Positions 24,895 through 38,181 are shown, counted from the stretch's first letter. The stretch: 53,572 nt of DNA from Octopus bimaculoides (GCF_001194135.2 NC_068984.1:1247789-1301360); one strand, 5' to 3'. The notes: generated by a model not told the origin, from the letters alone. Made by a program: numbers and translations.

Positions 24895-26162
24895 GGTCAC
24901 AAGAGATGTCCTATATAAAGTCGCAAGAGATGTCCTATGTAAGGTCACAAGAGATGTCCTATATAAGATCGCAAGAGATGTCCTATATAAAGCCACAAGA
25001 GATGTCCTAATATAAGGTCGCAAGAGATGTCCTATATAAGGTCGCAAGAGATGTCCTATATAAGGTCGCAAAGAGATGTCCTATGTAAGGTCACAAGAGA
25101 TGTCCTATATAAGATCGCAAGAGATGTCCTATATAAAGCCACAAGAGATGTNNNNNNNNNNNNNNNNNNNNNNNNNNNNNNNNNNNNNNNNNNNNNNNNN
25201 NNNNNNNNNNNNNNNNNNNNNNNNNNNNNNNNNNNNNNNNNNNNNNNNNNNNNNNNNNNNNNNNNNNNNNNNNNNNNNNNNNNNNNNNNNNNNNNNNNNN
25301 NNNNNNNNNNNNNNNNNNNNNNNNNNNNNNNNNNNNNNNNNNNNNNNNNNNNNNNNNNNNNNNNNNNNNNNNNNNNNNNNNNNNNNNNNNNNNNNNNNNN
25401 NNNNNNNNNNNNNNNNNNNNNNNNNNNNNNNNNNNNNNNNNNNNNNNNNNNNNNNNNNNNNNNNNNNNNNNNNNNNNNNNNNNNNNNNNNNNNNNNNNNN
25501 NNNNNNNNNNNNNNNNNNNNNNNNNNNNNNNNNNNNNNNNNNNNNNNNNNNNNNNNNNNNNNNNNNNNNNNNNNNNNNNNNNNNNNNNNNNNNNNNNNNN
25601 NNNNNNNNNNNNNNNNNNNNNNNNNNNNNNNNNNNNNNNNNNNNNNNNNNNNNNNNNNNNNNNNNNNNNNNNNNNNNNNNNNNNNNNNNNNNNNNNNNNN
25701 NNNNNNNNNNNNNNNNAAGATCGCAAGAGATGTCCTATATAAGATCGCAAGAGATGTCCTATATAAGGTCGCAAGAGATGTCCTATATAAGGTCGCAAGA
25801 GATGTCCTATATAAGGTCGCAAGAGATGTCCTATATAAGGTCGCAAGAGATGTCCTATATAAAGCCACAAGAGATGTCCTACATAAGTTTGCAAGAGATG
25901 TCCTATATAAGGTCGCAAAGTGATGTCCTATATAAGATCGCAAGAGATGTCCTATATATAGCCACAAGAGATGTCTTATGTAAGGTCGCAAGAGATGTCC
26001 TATATAAGGTTGCAAGAGATGTCCTATATAAGGTCGCAAGAGATGTCCTATATAAGGTCGCAAGAGATGTCCTATATAAGGTTGCAAGAGATGTCCTATA
26101 TGAGGTCACAAGAGATGTCTTATGTAAGGTCGCAAGAGATGTCTTATGTAAGGTCGCAAGAG
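24895..26162. repeat. 24-bp minisatellite, unit GCAAGAGATGTCCTATATAAGGTC, with a gap (N 25152-25716)
   Basis: Unit read directly; it translates as (YKVARDVL)n. Decayed relics occur near 26180 and 26800-26930. Confidence 0.97.
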
Positions 26163-27039
26163 ATATATATATATAATTTCAAAAGATGTCATAAGATTAT
26201 GAAATGTTTCTACTCAAAATTACCCAAAGTAAGACTAATCAGCCACTTCCCAGTAAAGGGTTAGACAAAAGGAGAAAGTGGCCTTAATGTTCTTAAAACA
26301 ATGTACATGCATTTTTAAGAAAGCAAATAAAAGACGTCTAATATAATACTTGATAAAAGATTTAAAATGAAATACAGTGAGAAGGCAATAAAAAAAAAAA
26401 CCTGATGATTATAAAATATGTAATATGACATGACAGTAAAGTAGCCAATAAAACAAGGTGGTAATAAAAGAATGATAACGGAACTGAAAGCAATAGAATC
26501 TGTTCTTTGAGATGCTAAATAAATGATATAAAGAACTAATAAAAATATTAAAAGGAAAGAAAATAGCAGAGATTAAGCAAGGTACTTTGCTAACCCAGAA
26601 TTTAAAGAGATTAAGATTATATTCTACAGGAAAATAATGGAGAGAGAAAGAGTGAGAGAGTTATTTCACAATTCAGCTGTTCTGAGAGAGAAAATGGTTT
26701 GGGCATGAAACTTGCAGTGTGTCTATGAGATATCAAAGAAGCACAGATGTGATTTGTTGAATTTGATAAACCAAATTTAGATGAGAAAACTGTCGTATAT
26801 AAATCACAAGAAATGCCATATAAAAGTGACATTGTATGTCACAAAAGATCTCAAGAGGAGTCATATACATCACAAGGAGATGTCATATCTACATAGGTCA
26901 TAAGAGATGGTCATATGTAAACAGTGCAGCACTCATTATATTAGCATGCAGGTGACTGAGTATTCTACAGACATGAGTATTCTTAATGTGATACTTAGCA
27001 TAACACAGTATGTGACAAGATTGCAGTTGGAGTCCATCC

Positions 27040-27420
27040 AATGAGCTTTTATGTTGTTTCATTTACACTTCTCTGAATAACCAACCACAATCAGTTTCTT
27101 AATGAAGCATAGAACAACATCTGATGAAGTTTTGAGTTTTCTAATCACAACTTGGAACAGGAAACATTCTGATCCACAACTGACCATCTCTGGGTACCAA
27201 GTATAATGGTTTATTTGCATTCATTCTCCATATTTAGTAACCTTGCACAGTGACTCTGCCATGCTTCTTTCTCATCCACATCACTAACCCTAACCCATTA
27301 TCCACCCACATACACTTCTCTCCCACAAAATCTCAGTTCTCTCTGGCACACTATTTTGCAATCCAGAACACCTCAAGTCTTTGATCTTTACGCTGCAAGA
27401 CATTGGCAAACCTCTTCAGA
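27040..27420 (-). mobile_element. Old degraded RTE LINE fragment (pre-RT region)
   Basis: The reverse strand gives FANVLQRKDQRLEVFWIAK*CAREN-like text. Confidence 0.65.
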
Positions 27421-27559
27421 TTTTATTCTCACTCGGAAACTGAATAAACAAGCAGCTGTGAAGAACTTCCGTGGAAGATCCAGATGATACATAAGAGAAT
27501 CTAGGTCTGGAAGTTAAATGATTTCTTGGTTTAATATGGGTTCAAATATTAGCAGAAAC

Positions 27560-28990
27560 ATATGAGGAAAAGGCAGAGGAAGAAAATATGGAGAGTCTAA
27601 CATGGAAGACAACTAGAAGTGTCTTTAAGATAACTTGCTGCAATTCACAAACAAGACCTGTTGATTGAGAAAGGATTCAGCTAGATAAAACGTGGTGATG
27701 GAAGGGAATGGTAGACAGTGCCATAAAAGCTAAGAGACAGTCTGGGAAGATTAATGGAAATAGAGAAGCAAGGAACAATATCAGAAGGCTAGAAATAGAA
27801 GCTAGATATCAGGTGTATGTAGCAAGAGGAACAGCAGCATGAGGTGTTCTGGATTGCAAAACAGATGTTGCTAGGGATGTGTAGAGAATAAAAACAATAC
27901 ACTTGCCCTGACTAAAAAGAAAGAGACGTGGAAATATCACAATGAAAGGTTATTGAATGGTAGAGAAAGGATGTGCATTGATAGGCACAGCAGAAAGAGA
28001 GAAAGACCAGCTTTTGGTTGGAGATGATTGGTTGAAAGTGTGATTAAAAATATAAAGGTAGGGAAAGCAGCTGAGTCATTGGGGATAGGAGCTGAGACAG
28101 TAAAAGAAACTGATGAAGTAGGACACCTGCTAATTACTTTGACAGTCAGTAAGGTAGCATGAGGAGGTGTCTATGGCTGTGATAACAGTATCACCACCAA
28201 CTGCAAAAAGAGCAAAAGAAATGGTCTAGAAAATAACAACTACAAGCAACTAAAAGACTAAGTGAAGAAAATAACAGAATTATAGCACAACAGATTAAGA
28301 AGAGAATTTGTTTAGATGAGGTGCTATTTGCAGTTTGTACAAGGATACAGTTCCACCAATATTCTAATCTAGTGAATCAACTATGGAAGTTCTTGGCTAA
28401 AAACAAACCACTATTGCCAGCATCAGTGAATCTGGAGAAAGCTTTGACAGATATATTCTGTTGTCTTGTGGCTTCTAAGAAAACTAAATGTAGTTGACTG
28501 GCTTGTGGGAGCTGTGCCAGCTGTGAATGGAGATGCAATGAGCAAGGTAAAAGCAATGAGTTCTGAGAGGAATTTTAAGGTTCAGTTCTCAACCCTGTTT
28601 ATTATAGTTCTCCAAACCATAATAGAAGAGTTTAAGACTGGCTGTCCGTGGGAACTCCTGTGTACCAATGAGTGAGTTCCTATAGCTAAAAGTCATCAAA
28701 GATTTACAGAAAAATTCCAAGTATGGAATCAAAACTTAAAATCAAAGTAAAGCAAGCAAACAAACGATTTTTAGCCAGCAGCAAACACTCTGCAACCCTC
28801 TTGGCAGGAACCATCCTTGATATGTAGCAGAAAATAAGAAAAACATCCAGTCTACCCAATGTAAATTGTGGGTGCATAAGATACGTAGTGAGATCACAGA
28901 GAAGATAGAAGGAATTACCATGAAGGTCGTACAAGAAATAAATTCCTTTAAGTGCTCAGAAGGTTGAATAGAAGAGTATCTGGTAGTTTT
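27560..28990 (+). mobile_element. Old degraded RTE LINE fragment (pre-RT region through RT)
   Basis: Remnants such as VNLEKA(F)D, WLLRKLNVVDWLV, IIEEFKTGCPWELL and QCKLWVH; homologous to 475-1852 and 1-343. Confidence 0.8.
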
Positions 28991-30353
28991 GGTTCTCCAG
29001 CTGACATATTTGACAGTTGTGGTGTGTGTCCCAAAAGTATAAAATGACCAAAACAAAGAACAAGGTGGATAAAACTCAATTATCTCTGCTATTTAAAAAG
29101 GATTTTTGTTTTTCTGTGATTGTAAGGTAGATCGTATATGGAGTGTGTTGGTGCATCGTAGATTGTGTATGGGCGTTGACTGTAGAGGATATGAGAAGAT
29201 TAGAAAGAGATGAGATGCAATGAGCTTCCTCCATTGGATGTGTATTGTATGAACAACAACGTACAAATGAGCTGAGAAAAAACAAAGTAAAAAATATTTT
29301 TTTAAAAAGTCAGATGTCGTATACACGAGAGAAGATTATGGACATGAAATGCATGTAAAGAATTACAGTTTGGATAAAGAATTGGCAAGCAATTCATGTA
29401 AAAGGAGCCTGCAGAGAAGAAGACTGTGAAAGACATAAATGTTAAAGACCAACCTCAAGAAGCCAAACAATACAAAAGAAATGTCTGCAGAGCAGAAGTA
29501 AAGTTAAGTCAAATGGATGCAACAACGATGAAGACAACAACAACACTTATGAAAACAAAGAGGATGTCTTTGAAAGTTGAATTCAAATCTAAAGAGGAAA
29601 CCAAACAAACAAAGATTTGGCTAAGTTTCTAAAATGCCAAATCCATAATTTTATTCATTTATCTGATGGCCAGTTAACCATTCTTACAATCCAGTTGTTC
29701 TCTTGTAGTATATGTTCTTCAATTTAACAATTTGCTAAAAGAAGAGGCAGTAAATAGAAAGAGAATCAGACGAGTGGACATCTTTCTAAACCATCAAACG
29801 CTATTGACGGCAGACACACACAGCTCTTGTAATGACATGCAAAACAATATCAGTCTTTCATCTGATACTCAACTATCTGATCAAGTCTACCATTTGTCAC
29901 TGAGAGTTAATTAAATAACAGTCACTTTATTAATTAATACTCCTCTTTGATTGTTTTGAAGTTTAATTTATTTTAATAAATAAAATAAAAATTGCTTTTT
30001 GTTTAAGTTGCAACAGTTTTTGTTTATAGTAATTGATAAACTGTTTCATTTAGTTACTTAATAAAAAAAATATATTTAAAATTAAGACTCAGAATTTTCC
30101 AACTTTAATCTTCATTTTTCATGCCAAATAACCCATCATATATTTTCATTCAAAATTAAATTATTTTAATAACAAAACATCTAAAAAATTCAAATCTACA
30201 AAATACTTTTACTCTATCATTATTTCAAAGTGATAATGAAAATGATTTACATTCATCAGTTTTGTAAAGTAGTTTTGTGGTAGCTTTGTAAACTACAGTT
30301 AGTATAGCAATAAATGAAATGTCTTTTGATCTTGATAATGCATCAGGTCTTAC

Positions 30354-30394
30354 CTCTTTCAGTAGTTTCATTGGAACAGACTTGACAATTTTCC
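30354..30394 (-). CDS. SNX14: SNX14 coding exon
   Basis: gcttgcag| acceptor, |gtaaga donor, 41 nt, phase 1 to 0. Encodes (G)KIVKSVPMKLLKE (human GKIIKSVPGKLMKE). Confidence 0.96.
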
Positions 30395-31122
30395 CTGCAA
30401 GCAATAAAATAGAAACTCAGCAAACAAGGGAGTTAATCAAACAACAACAAATGGCTTCTTTGTGGCCTTTTTTTTCTCGCAGCAAAAATTTCTTTCATAA
30501 CAAATAAAGCTGGATACTCAACTTAACATCTAATTAACTGTATATTTTTGTCTGCACAGGTAAATAACATCCCCATTATTACCAGCCAGGTGTTGCATTT
30601 ATATCTACAGCCAATGCTAGTGTTCTAAGAGTTGGACTATTTTCCCAAATGATAAATGCTGCTGATCGTTTCTCAGACATAGAATGTTTAGTTTTAAACT
30701 GGAATAAGTCCTAAAAGTGTTTCTAACTAACAAAGAACATGTTTTATACAGAAAATAACCAGCTGACAAACAAGATGTGATATTCCTTTTTGTTAAAAGA
30801 CAACAAATTTGAGATAATAAAATTAAATTTTCCAATGGGAATATGTTAAAATATTTCAAACTGATGTCTATTGAAAAGCTTCTCCCTTATTTTACTGCAA
30901 TTCACTTCATACAATACAAGACTTCCTTATGATGTTGGATTTCAATATTAACTTCATGGAAGACGAGATTTTCTTGTATTGTTGGTGATTTTAACAACTG
31001 GACCAACAGAAGAACCCATCAACATTTTGCTTTCATTCACATTGAACTTGGGACAAATCAGACTTCCATCTCTGAGCTATACTTATTGTATGATTTGAGT
31101 TCCAGACATCATGTAATGTCAC

Positions 31123-31160
<38 letters not shown>

Positions 31161-31318
31161 GTGGGAGAATTTACAAAAAAAAACAACAGACAAAGACAGG
31201 TGGTGTAAACAACAAATGGATGTATTGGTATAACGCTCGGGAATAGAGAAAGTCTTTGACGTTTCAAGCTACGCTCTTCAACTGAAAGGAACACAGAAAG
31301 AAATAAGGAGAGAAACAA

Positions 31319-31367
<49 letters not shown>

Positions 31368-31549
31368 TACACACACATATGCATATAACTGGTAATCTCT
31401 CCACATTTTTTTCCTCTCTCCATTTTTTCTCTCATGCCGTTCTGTCAAAGAGTATAGGCTCAAAACATCAAAGACTTTTCCATCCTTCTCGAGTATCAAA
31501 CTAATACACCTCCATGTTGTTCTTTCACCTGGTTTCTGTAAATTTGAAC

Positions 31550-31612
<63 letters not shown>

Positions 31613-31810
31613 CACCAACATCATCATATAATATCCACTTTCCATGCTGGCATGGGTTGGACAGTTTGAGTGAAGACTGGCAGGCATGGTAGCTGTACTG
31701 GGCTCCAATCTGATTTGGCAAGGTTTCTACAGCTGGATGCCCAACCACTTCGAGAGTGTAGTGGGTGCTTTTTATGTGCCACTAGCACAGGAGCCAGTCT
31801 GGCAGCACAC

Positions 31811-31851
<41 letters not shown>

Positions 31852-33250
31852 ACTCCTAGTGACGTCAGTGTACTGTATCTATATATGGTCATCCTTTATA
31901 GATAACTGGACTGCACCATTGGAGTCAGTAGCATCAGCCATTCACAACAACTATGGTGACATATGGAATGTTAAACTTAACGGCCAGCACATTATCACCT
32001 TTTACTAAATGGGGATCTTTCTTGATAGTAACTGACATGAGCACAAAATATTTCAACTGAAGTTTTGAAAAAGATGTTATCGTTACCAGTTTTCATTTGC
32101 TTGCCATAAATTACAAAAATCTTCAAAGTCCAAATCCATTTCTTTCACAAACTCATATTCATCCATGTTATTTCAGTTTGGTTTCTATGACCGGATGTCC
32201 ATTCTATTGCCAACTACTTTAGAATGCACTAGATGTATTTTCCTTATGGCACCAGCACTAGAGGGGCCAACATGTCTTCAGGAAGACAAGACTAAAGTGA
32301 CCTTTCAACCTTTTGTCTTTTTTCTGATTTATTTGCCAACCACTTTCGAGTGAGTACTGGGTACATTTTTAAAGGTACCAGCACAAGAGATGTTGTCAAG
32401 TCCTTTATGATGCAACACTAAAGACACCTAACAAAGCAATTTGTTTCTACGTTACTATATTCACTGCCTCTGCACAACACCTTGGACAAGTGACTTCCAC
32501 AGAAGCCTTCATTGATAAATGCCTTGTATCTGTGTGTAAATCTTTTAACTTCACAATATTTGATCTACACTGAGTTACAAATACTCCCTTGTCATTCTCA
32601 CCATGAGAAAATCATTTAACCAGGGATCAAAGCATCAGAAACTTGTGAACAAACAGTGATGTAGAATAAAACTGAATAAAAAGATAAATGATATGTCTCT
32701 GGTAATTCCGCCTCAAATGAACAAAACTGAGACACCATTAAATGTCTGTTGGAAGATAAAACTTCTCTAAACTATCAAATGAAAACTAATAAACAATAAA
32801 ATATTATTAGCTGGGGGGAAAAAAACAGAGCAGAATGTACCAGAAAATCACCAATTTAGACAGCACAAAGTAACATATATTTTTAGTATTCCATATTGAT
32901 TTTCTGGTTTCTAAAGTAAATTTAGTGATGTAGGAAACATCAGACAAATAGAATAAATGATCCTCTTCAAAGTGGAGGTCATGGATTTCTGGCTCACATT
33001 GTTGTTTTTGTTAGTGTTACTGGTTGGTTGCAACCAGTGTTTGTCAATCAGACATTTTCCCCTCAGTGTCTACTAGACATGGTGTAAATGTAGAATATTC
33101 TGTTAAAGATATCAAAACATGCAACAATCCAAACCAAAGGGAAATCAAATACAATGGTTCATTATTTCCAAAGACATTTGCAGTACACACACACACACAC
33201 ACACATACATATACACATACCTACATATATACACACCTATACACAGACAT

Positions 33251-33336
<86 letters not shown>

Positions 33337-33699
33337 GAATAATAAAAAGAAAGTTCTTGGTATAGTATCACATATTCGAAAAAATGAGTAGAGATGGCTT
33401 TTTTTAGATATATTTGCATTTTAATAATAATGTTGTTTTAATATAAATATTACGGTGATGTACTTGCATAGCAAGTGACTTGATCTGAGATCTTGTGCTG
33501 GAACGAAAACAATTGCAGCGTGGAAGGTGTTTATAAGCCATTTAAGAAACACACAAAAACCGTTAGATTCACTTCAACATTTAAATTTAATTTGCCCGTG
33601 CTGCATCTGATCACTGACAAAATTCTGTGCTGCATCTGTGTGTATGGATAAAAATATTATTTCGATAATAATAATAATAATGTTGTTAGAAACACAACT

Positions 33700-33835
33700 T
33701 GCAGTACAACTTTCAAAGAGAAAATTCAAAATATTCTCTGTCTTCAAACTTTGGACTGAAAATGAACATTTTCGTAAGACCAAGGAAGAATACTTTATTC
33801 GAAAATACCAACCAAAACTGAACAAGAAAATAATA
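33700..33835 (+). mobile_element. Penelope-like element GIY-YIG endonuclease C-terminal remnant
   Basis: FKIFSVFKLWTENEHFRKTKEEYFIRKYQPKLN fits the terminal E-x-x-(F/W)I-x4-P-x-LN helix of PLE endonucleases (from memory). Confidence 0.6.
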
Positions 33836-34326
33836 CCAAACCCATTGGGACTACCATCCCAACAATCCACAGAAAGACACCAACCAAACACTGCCTAAAC
33901 ACTCCATAGAAGTTTTATGTACTCTTTTATGTACTCTTTTTAAGCACCCAAAATGTTATATGTGGATGTTTTTTTCTCAGTATCATCATCATCGTTTAAT
34001 GTCCGTTTTCCATGTTGGAATGGGTTGAACAGTTTGACTGAAGCTATAGAAGAAATCACTTGCCCAAGGTGTCACACAGTGGGACTGAACCCAAAACCAT
34101 GTAGTTTCAAAGTGAGCTGTTTAGCAACACAGCCATGTTCAGCAGCAGCAGCAGCAGAATCATGCAGTAGATAGGATAGTGATGGAGGGCTAGAGGTTGC
34201 AAGAGGTGGGAGAGAGGGAAAGACGGGTACCAATAAGAGAATTAAGTTTACTAGTGGTAAAAATGAGGAATGGGTACACATAGGAAGGGGCAGGTATCAG
34301 AGTGAGGGGAAGAATAAAAAAACAAA

Positions 34327-34358
<32 letters not shown>

Positions 34359-35814
34359 CATACATACACACTCACACAAAAGCAGGCATAGTGTAAATAT
34401 GACAAAAAAAGACTACACAGGAGAAGGAAATTTTCCTAAGTATATTGTTCAGTGCTTAACCTTTTAGTATTCAGCTTATTCGGTCAAATGTGAGGCTTAT
34501 ATAATCAAATTGTTTTGAATTAATCATGCAAAGACATTGTAGTATAGAAATTTTGAGGATGTGATTGCTTATTCTTAGAATGACATTGTAGGATAAGTGT
34601 GCAAAGCCAGATCTGGCCAGTTTGAACATAGAACAGTGAGAATATTTGGGCCGGATGTGGCCGGTTTAAATGCAAAAAGGATTAATGAAAAGAGAAAGTG
34701 TCTTGGCATTTTGAACATTAGTCATTCATCAGAAAAGAAAAGCATAAGAGGAGTGACAAAGGCAGATAACCAGTGAGAAGAAAAAAGGAAAGCAGGTGAG
34801 AATACTATTCTATGAGAGGAAGTGAAAAGAAAAGAAGGGTGTAGTGTAAGGCTAGTCTCAGAACTTTGAACCATGTGGAAGAAATGACGAGGATGACTAG
34901 CAATATGTGGTACTCAAGAAGAACTAACAATCAAGTTCTCATGTCGTGTTTGGCTGGATGCCTTTCCAAACACCAACCAGGGGAAGGTGATGGTGATAAG
35001 GGGAGAGGGGAAGAATGAAGAAGGGACAGAGGGAGAGAGAGAAGGAAGAGGGGAATGGAGAGGAAGAGAGGGGAAGAGAGTGAGAGAGAGAGAGAATGGG
35101 GGAGAGAGTGGGAGAGAGAGAGTGGGAGAGAGAGAGAGTGGGAGGGAGAGAGAGTGGGAGAGAGAGAGAGTGGGAGANNNNNNNNNNCTTTCCAGCTGAT
35201 TTGCAGGGGTCGTCAGATGGTGTGCACTCAGTGAGGCAGGTTTCTTACAGGTGAATGCCCTCCCTGTTGCCAACCCTCACCTGTGTCAAAGGAAGGTAAT
35301 ATTTTGCCCATGGCCAGATATGTTTTCATGGAAGAAGATTGGGAATGAAAGACACTGCTTGTATGACAGGGACACTCATTTACAACTGTTACATGATGTG
35401 AAGACAAAGAAACTCACACACAATGGGCTTCTTTTTGGGGCAAGTCAAGCACAGGCAAAGCCAAGAAAACCAATGCCATCAAATTCCCAACTACCACCAT
35501 CATTCTGTCTCCACACTGCAAGAGAATATTCTGAGGGGAGGCAGTTTGGTCGGATCACTCACCCACAGTACTCAGCCCCACCCCCAAGATGACTAGATGG
35601 TCCTCATCATTCCAACAGATGAACACTAAATCCAAACATAGTGGCTTTGGTCAGCCTGGACTTGTAATACATGATGCATGCATAAGATACTATGCTGTGG
35701 GACTGAACCCGGAACCATGTGGCTGGAAAGCAAACTTCTTACCACACAGCCACGCCTGCACTGAAATGCCTTTTTTTTTAAATTTTATTTTCATTGTTAA
35801 TTAAAATATTTTCC

Positions 35815-36025
35815 ATTTCTACTCTAGGCACAAGGCCTGAAACTTTTGGGGAGTGGGGTGCCAGTCGATTAGAATGACCCCAGTATGCAACTGGTACTTA
35901 ATTTATCGACTCCGAAAAGATGAAAGGCAAAGTCGACCTTGGCAGAATTTGAACTCAGAACGTAAAGAGAGACAAAATACTGCTCAGCATTTCGCCCGGT
36001 GTGCTAACATTTCTGCCAGCTTGTT
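35815..36025 (-). mobile_element. tRNA SINE family A, near full length, about 100 nt from an SNX14 5' splice site
   Basis: GATGAAAGGCAAAGTCGACCTTGGCAGAATTTGAACTCAGAACG; a degraded + copy lies at about 52655-52800. Confidence 0.88.
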
Positions 36026-36123
36026 GCTTTATTGTTAATTAAAATATTACATGAAAAATGTGTTAGAGTGAATCATTTTATAATTAAATAAACTGAGTGA
36101 AAATAAAAGAAAGTTATGTTTAC

Positions 36124-36226
36124 CAATATTTATGTCTGGTAGAAAACTTGAGGTTAGCTCATCTTTTGAGGTCAAAAAGTTGTAAAGTAACTCACTTCCT
36201 CGCAACTGGGGGATGGCAACGAGTTT
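36124..36226 (-). CDS. SNX14: SNX14 coding exon, end of PX domain
   Basis: ttcctgcag| acceptor, |gtaaac donor, 103 nt, phase 0 to 1. Encodes KLVAIPQLRGSELLYNFLTSKDELTSSFLPDINI(G) (human KLLQHPELSNSQLLADFL...LPDVNLG). Confidence 0.94.
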
Positions 36227-37475
36227 CTGCAGGAAAAAGAAAATAGAAACATTTGAAGGAAATTCAGCAGATTGGAATAAAAGAAAATAAGATTTAGAAG
36301 GGAAAAAGACATTGTAAGGGAAAGAATTCAGTTATTAATATTTCAGTGGGAATTTCTCATCTTGTAATCACTTCAATGGAACTAAATCCATTGGGGGGAT
36401 GGGGGAGGGGGGTCTTAAGGGTCCCCTTATGGAACTCATTCACATAATATATTCCACCAACCACTCTCGTTCTATGGTCCTGGATCAGCTCTGACTGGAG
36501 AGAGACATATAATCAAAGACATTCCATCCATGACTGTCCCTTTTCTCAACCATTGTCTTTCTCGGACTACATTTTTCAATGTATTCCACACTTTTCCAAA
36601 AAGTGCTATAATATGCAGCAGATTTTTCTCATAACAACTCAGGTTTTATTATACGGAATATACATCTTATCTTAGAAATTGAATTCCACAAAGAAAGACA
36701 ACAAAGCATTGTTGGCAAAACAAGTGTCCCCTGGTGTTCATGAGTTCAAACTAAGCTCAGGATACTTTTATCTGATTGGTTCATCTTAGCTTCACAACTA
36801 AAAGAGAATGGCTCAACCACATCACAGCTGAGAGGCTGACAATAGCAATGGTATTTTGCTGGAATTTCATCCATAAATATCAACATTTACAGAGCTATCA
36901 CACCCATAGAGTATAGGCCAATATGTGGTGTTTGCCAGCCAGTTTAACCCCAACACTGACCCCTAACTTTGTTGTAAACATTTGAAACGGAGTCTGTCAT
37001 CTGTGAACAGCTCCCTCCCCTCCTCCCATCAAGATCCTCTCTGACTGAGTGGGGCTGCAGGAGAGAGGAAGGCAGTTTTATGGTAAGGGATGGAGGGAAT
37101 TAAAGGGTGAGAAAGAAGGGGCTAGAACAGAACATAATATGTTGTCTCTAACCGTCCGTAGCCATCACTTGCAAGCGAGTATGACCTGGGAGCTTGTACT
37201 ATCCTCTTGTTAATTGGTTTAGATGCTTGTCATAAACAGTCACAAATATTCTCTCAGCCTCCATCCCTTTGATCCAACAGAACATCCAAGAGGGGATGAG
37301 TAGATGAGGGCCAAGAGGATGTTAATGTCTGTTTGCAACTACACAAAAGGCATCTTAAGCAACTAGCAAAAGCATGATAATATGCTAGCAGCTGATACTC
37401 ACTTACAAGTGATGGCTGAGCAAGCTTTATGCAGCGTGTGTGTGAGTGAGTGAGTGAGTGAGTGAGAGAGAGAGA

Positions 37476-37521
<46 letters not shown>

Positions 37522-37563
37522 GAAGCTTTAGCACCAAATACATACACATCATCTGTTACTTAC

Positions 37564-37664
37564 TTGTAGATACTGTTCAAATTGTTCCTTTTTACTCTCC
37601 ATGAAATCTTGGTTTTTGGTACCAAAAGATTTCTTTGGCGGTAACTGACATGCAGAGAAGCCAC
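37564..37664 (-). CDS. SNX14: SNX14 coding exon, PX proline-rich loop
   Basis: ctgcag| acceptor, |gtaagt donor, 101 nt, phase 1 to 0. Encodes (G)GFSACQLPPKKSFGTKNQDFMESKKEQFEQYLQ (human [33 protein letters not shown]). Confidence 0.96.
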
Positions 37665-38086
37665 CTGCAGATTTAGAAAACAGATATAAATATCAACATT
37701 ACAATAAATAGCATCATCATCACCACTATCACCACCATTTTATGTCAGCTTTCCCTGCTGTTAAGAGTCACGCAGGTCATCAGAATTACTGCCCCTCTAA
37801 AGGAATTTGGGAGACAAAATCTCATTCAGACATTCTTTTCTTATGTGATTTCTATGACTGGATGCCTTTCCTAACCCCAACAACTTTACTGGATTATACT
37901 TTTGTGGCACCAGCACATGAGGGGCTGCGGTGTCCCCAGCAGGTCAAGAGAAAAGGGTTTTCTCATTGAGTATAAGGTGCAGTTTATTATGGCACCAACA
38001 CTGCTGACAAAAGGTGCTGACTGCCCTACATTTACAGTAAGATGACCAACAGAATGAGTAAAAGAGAAAGCAATTGTGATGGCAGT

Positions 38087-38181
<95 letters not shown>

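Noticed and set aside
24895-26162. CRISPR-like reading of the 24-bp array; TATATAA and AGGTCA-like motifs in the unit
   Set aside because: The units are contiguous with no unique spacers, and the context is eukaryotic with no cas genes. Short TATA or nuclear-receptor-like words are expected by chance and have no supporting context.
24880-26264. Long ORFs such as (YKVARDVL)n, (RSQEMSYI)n and (RPYIGHLL)n
   Set aside because: These are translations of the 24-bp minisatellite, which is open in several frames on both strands and inflated by the N gap; there is no sign of a gene.
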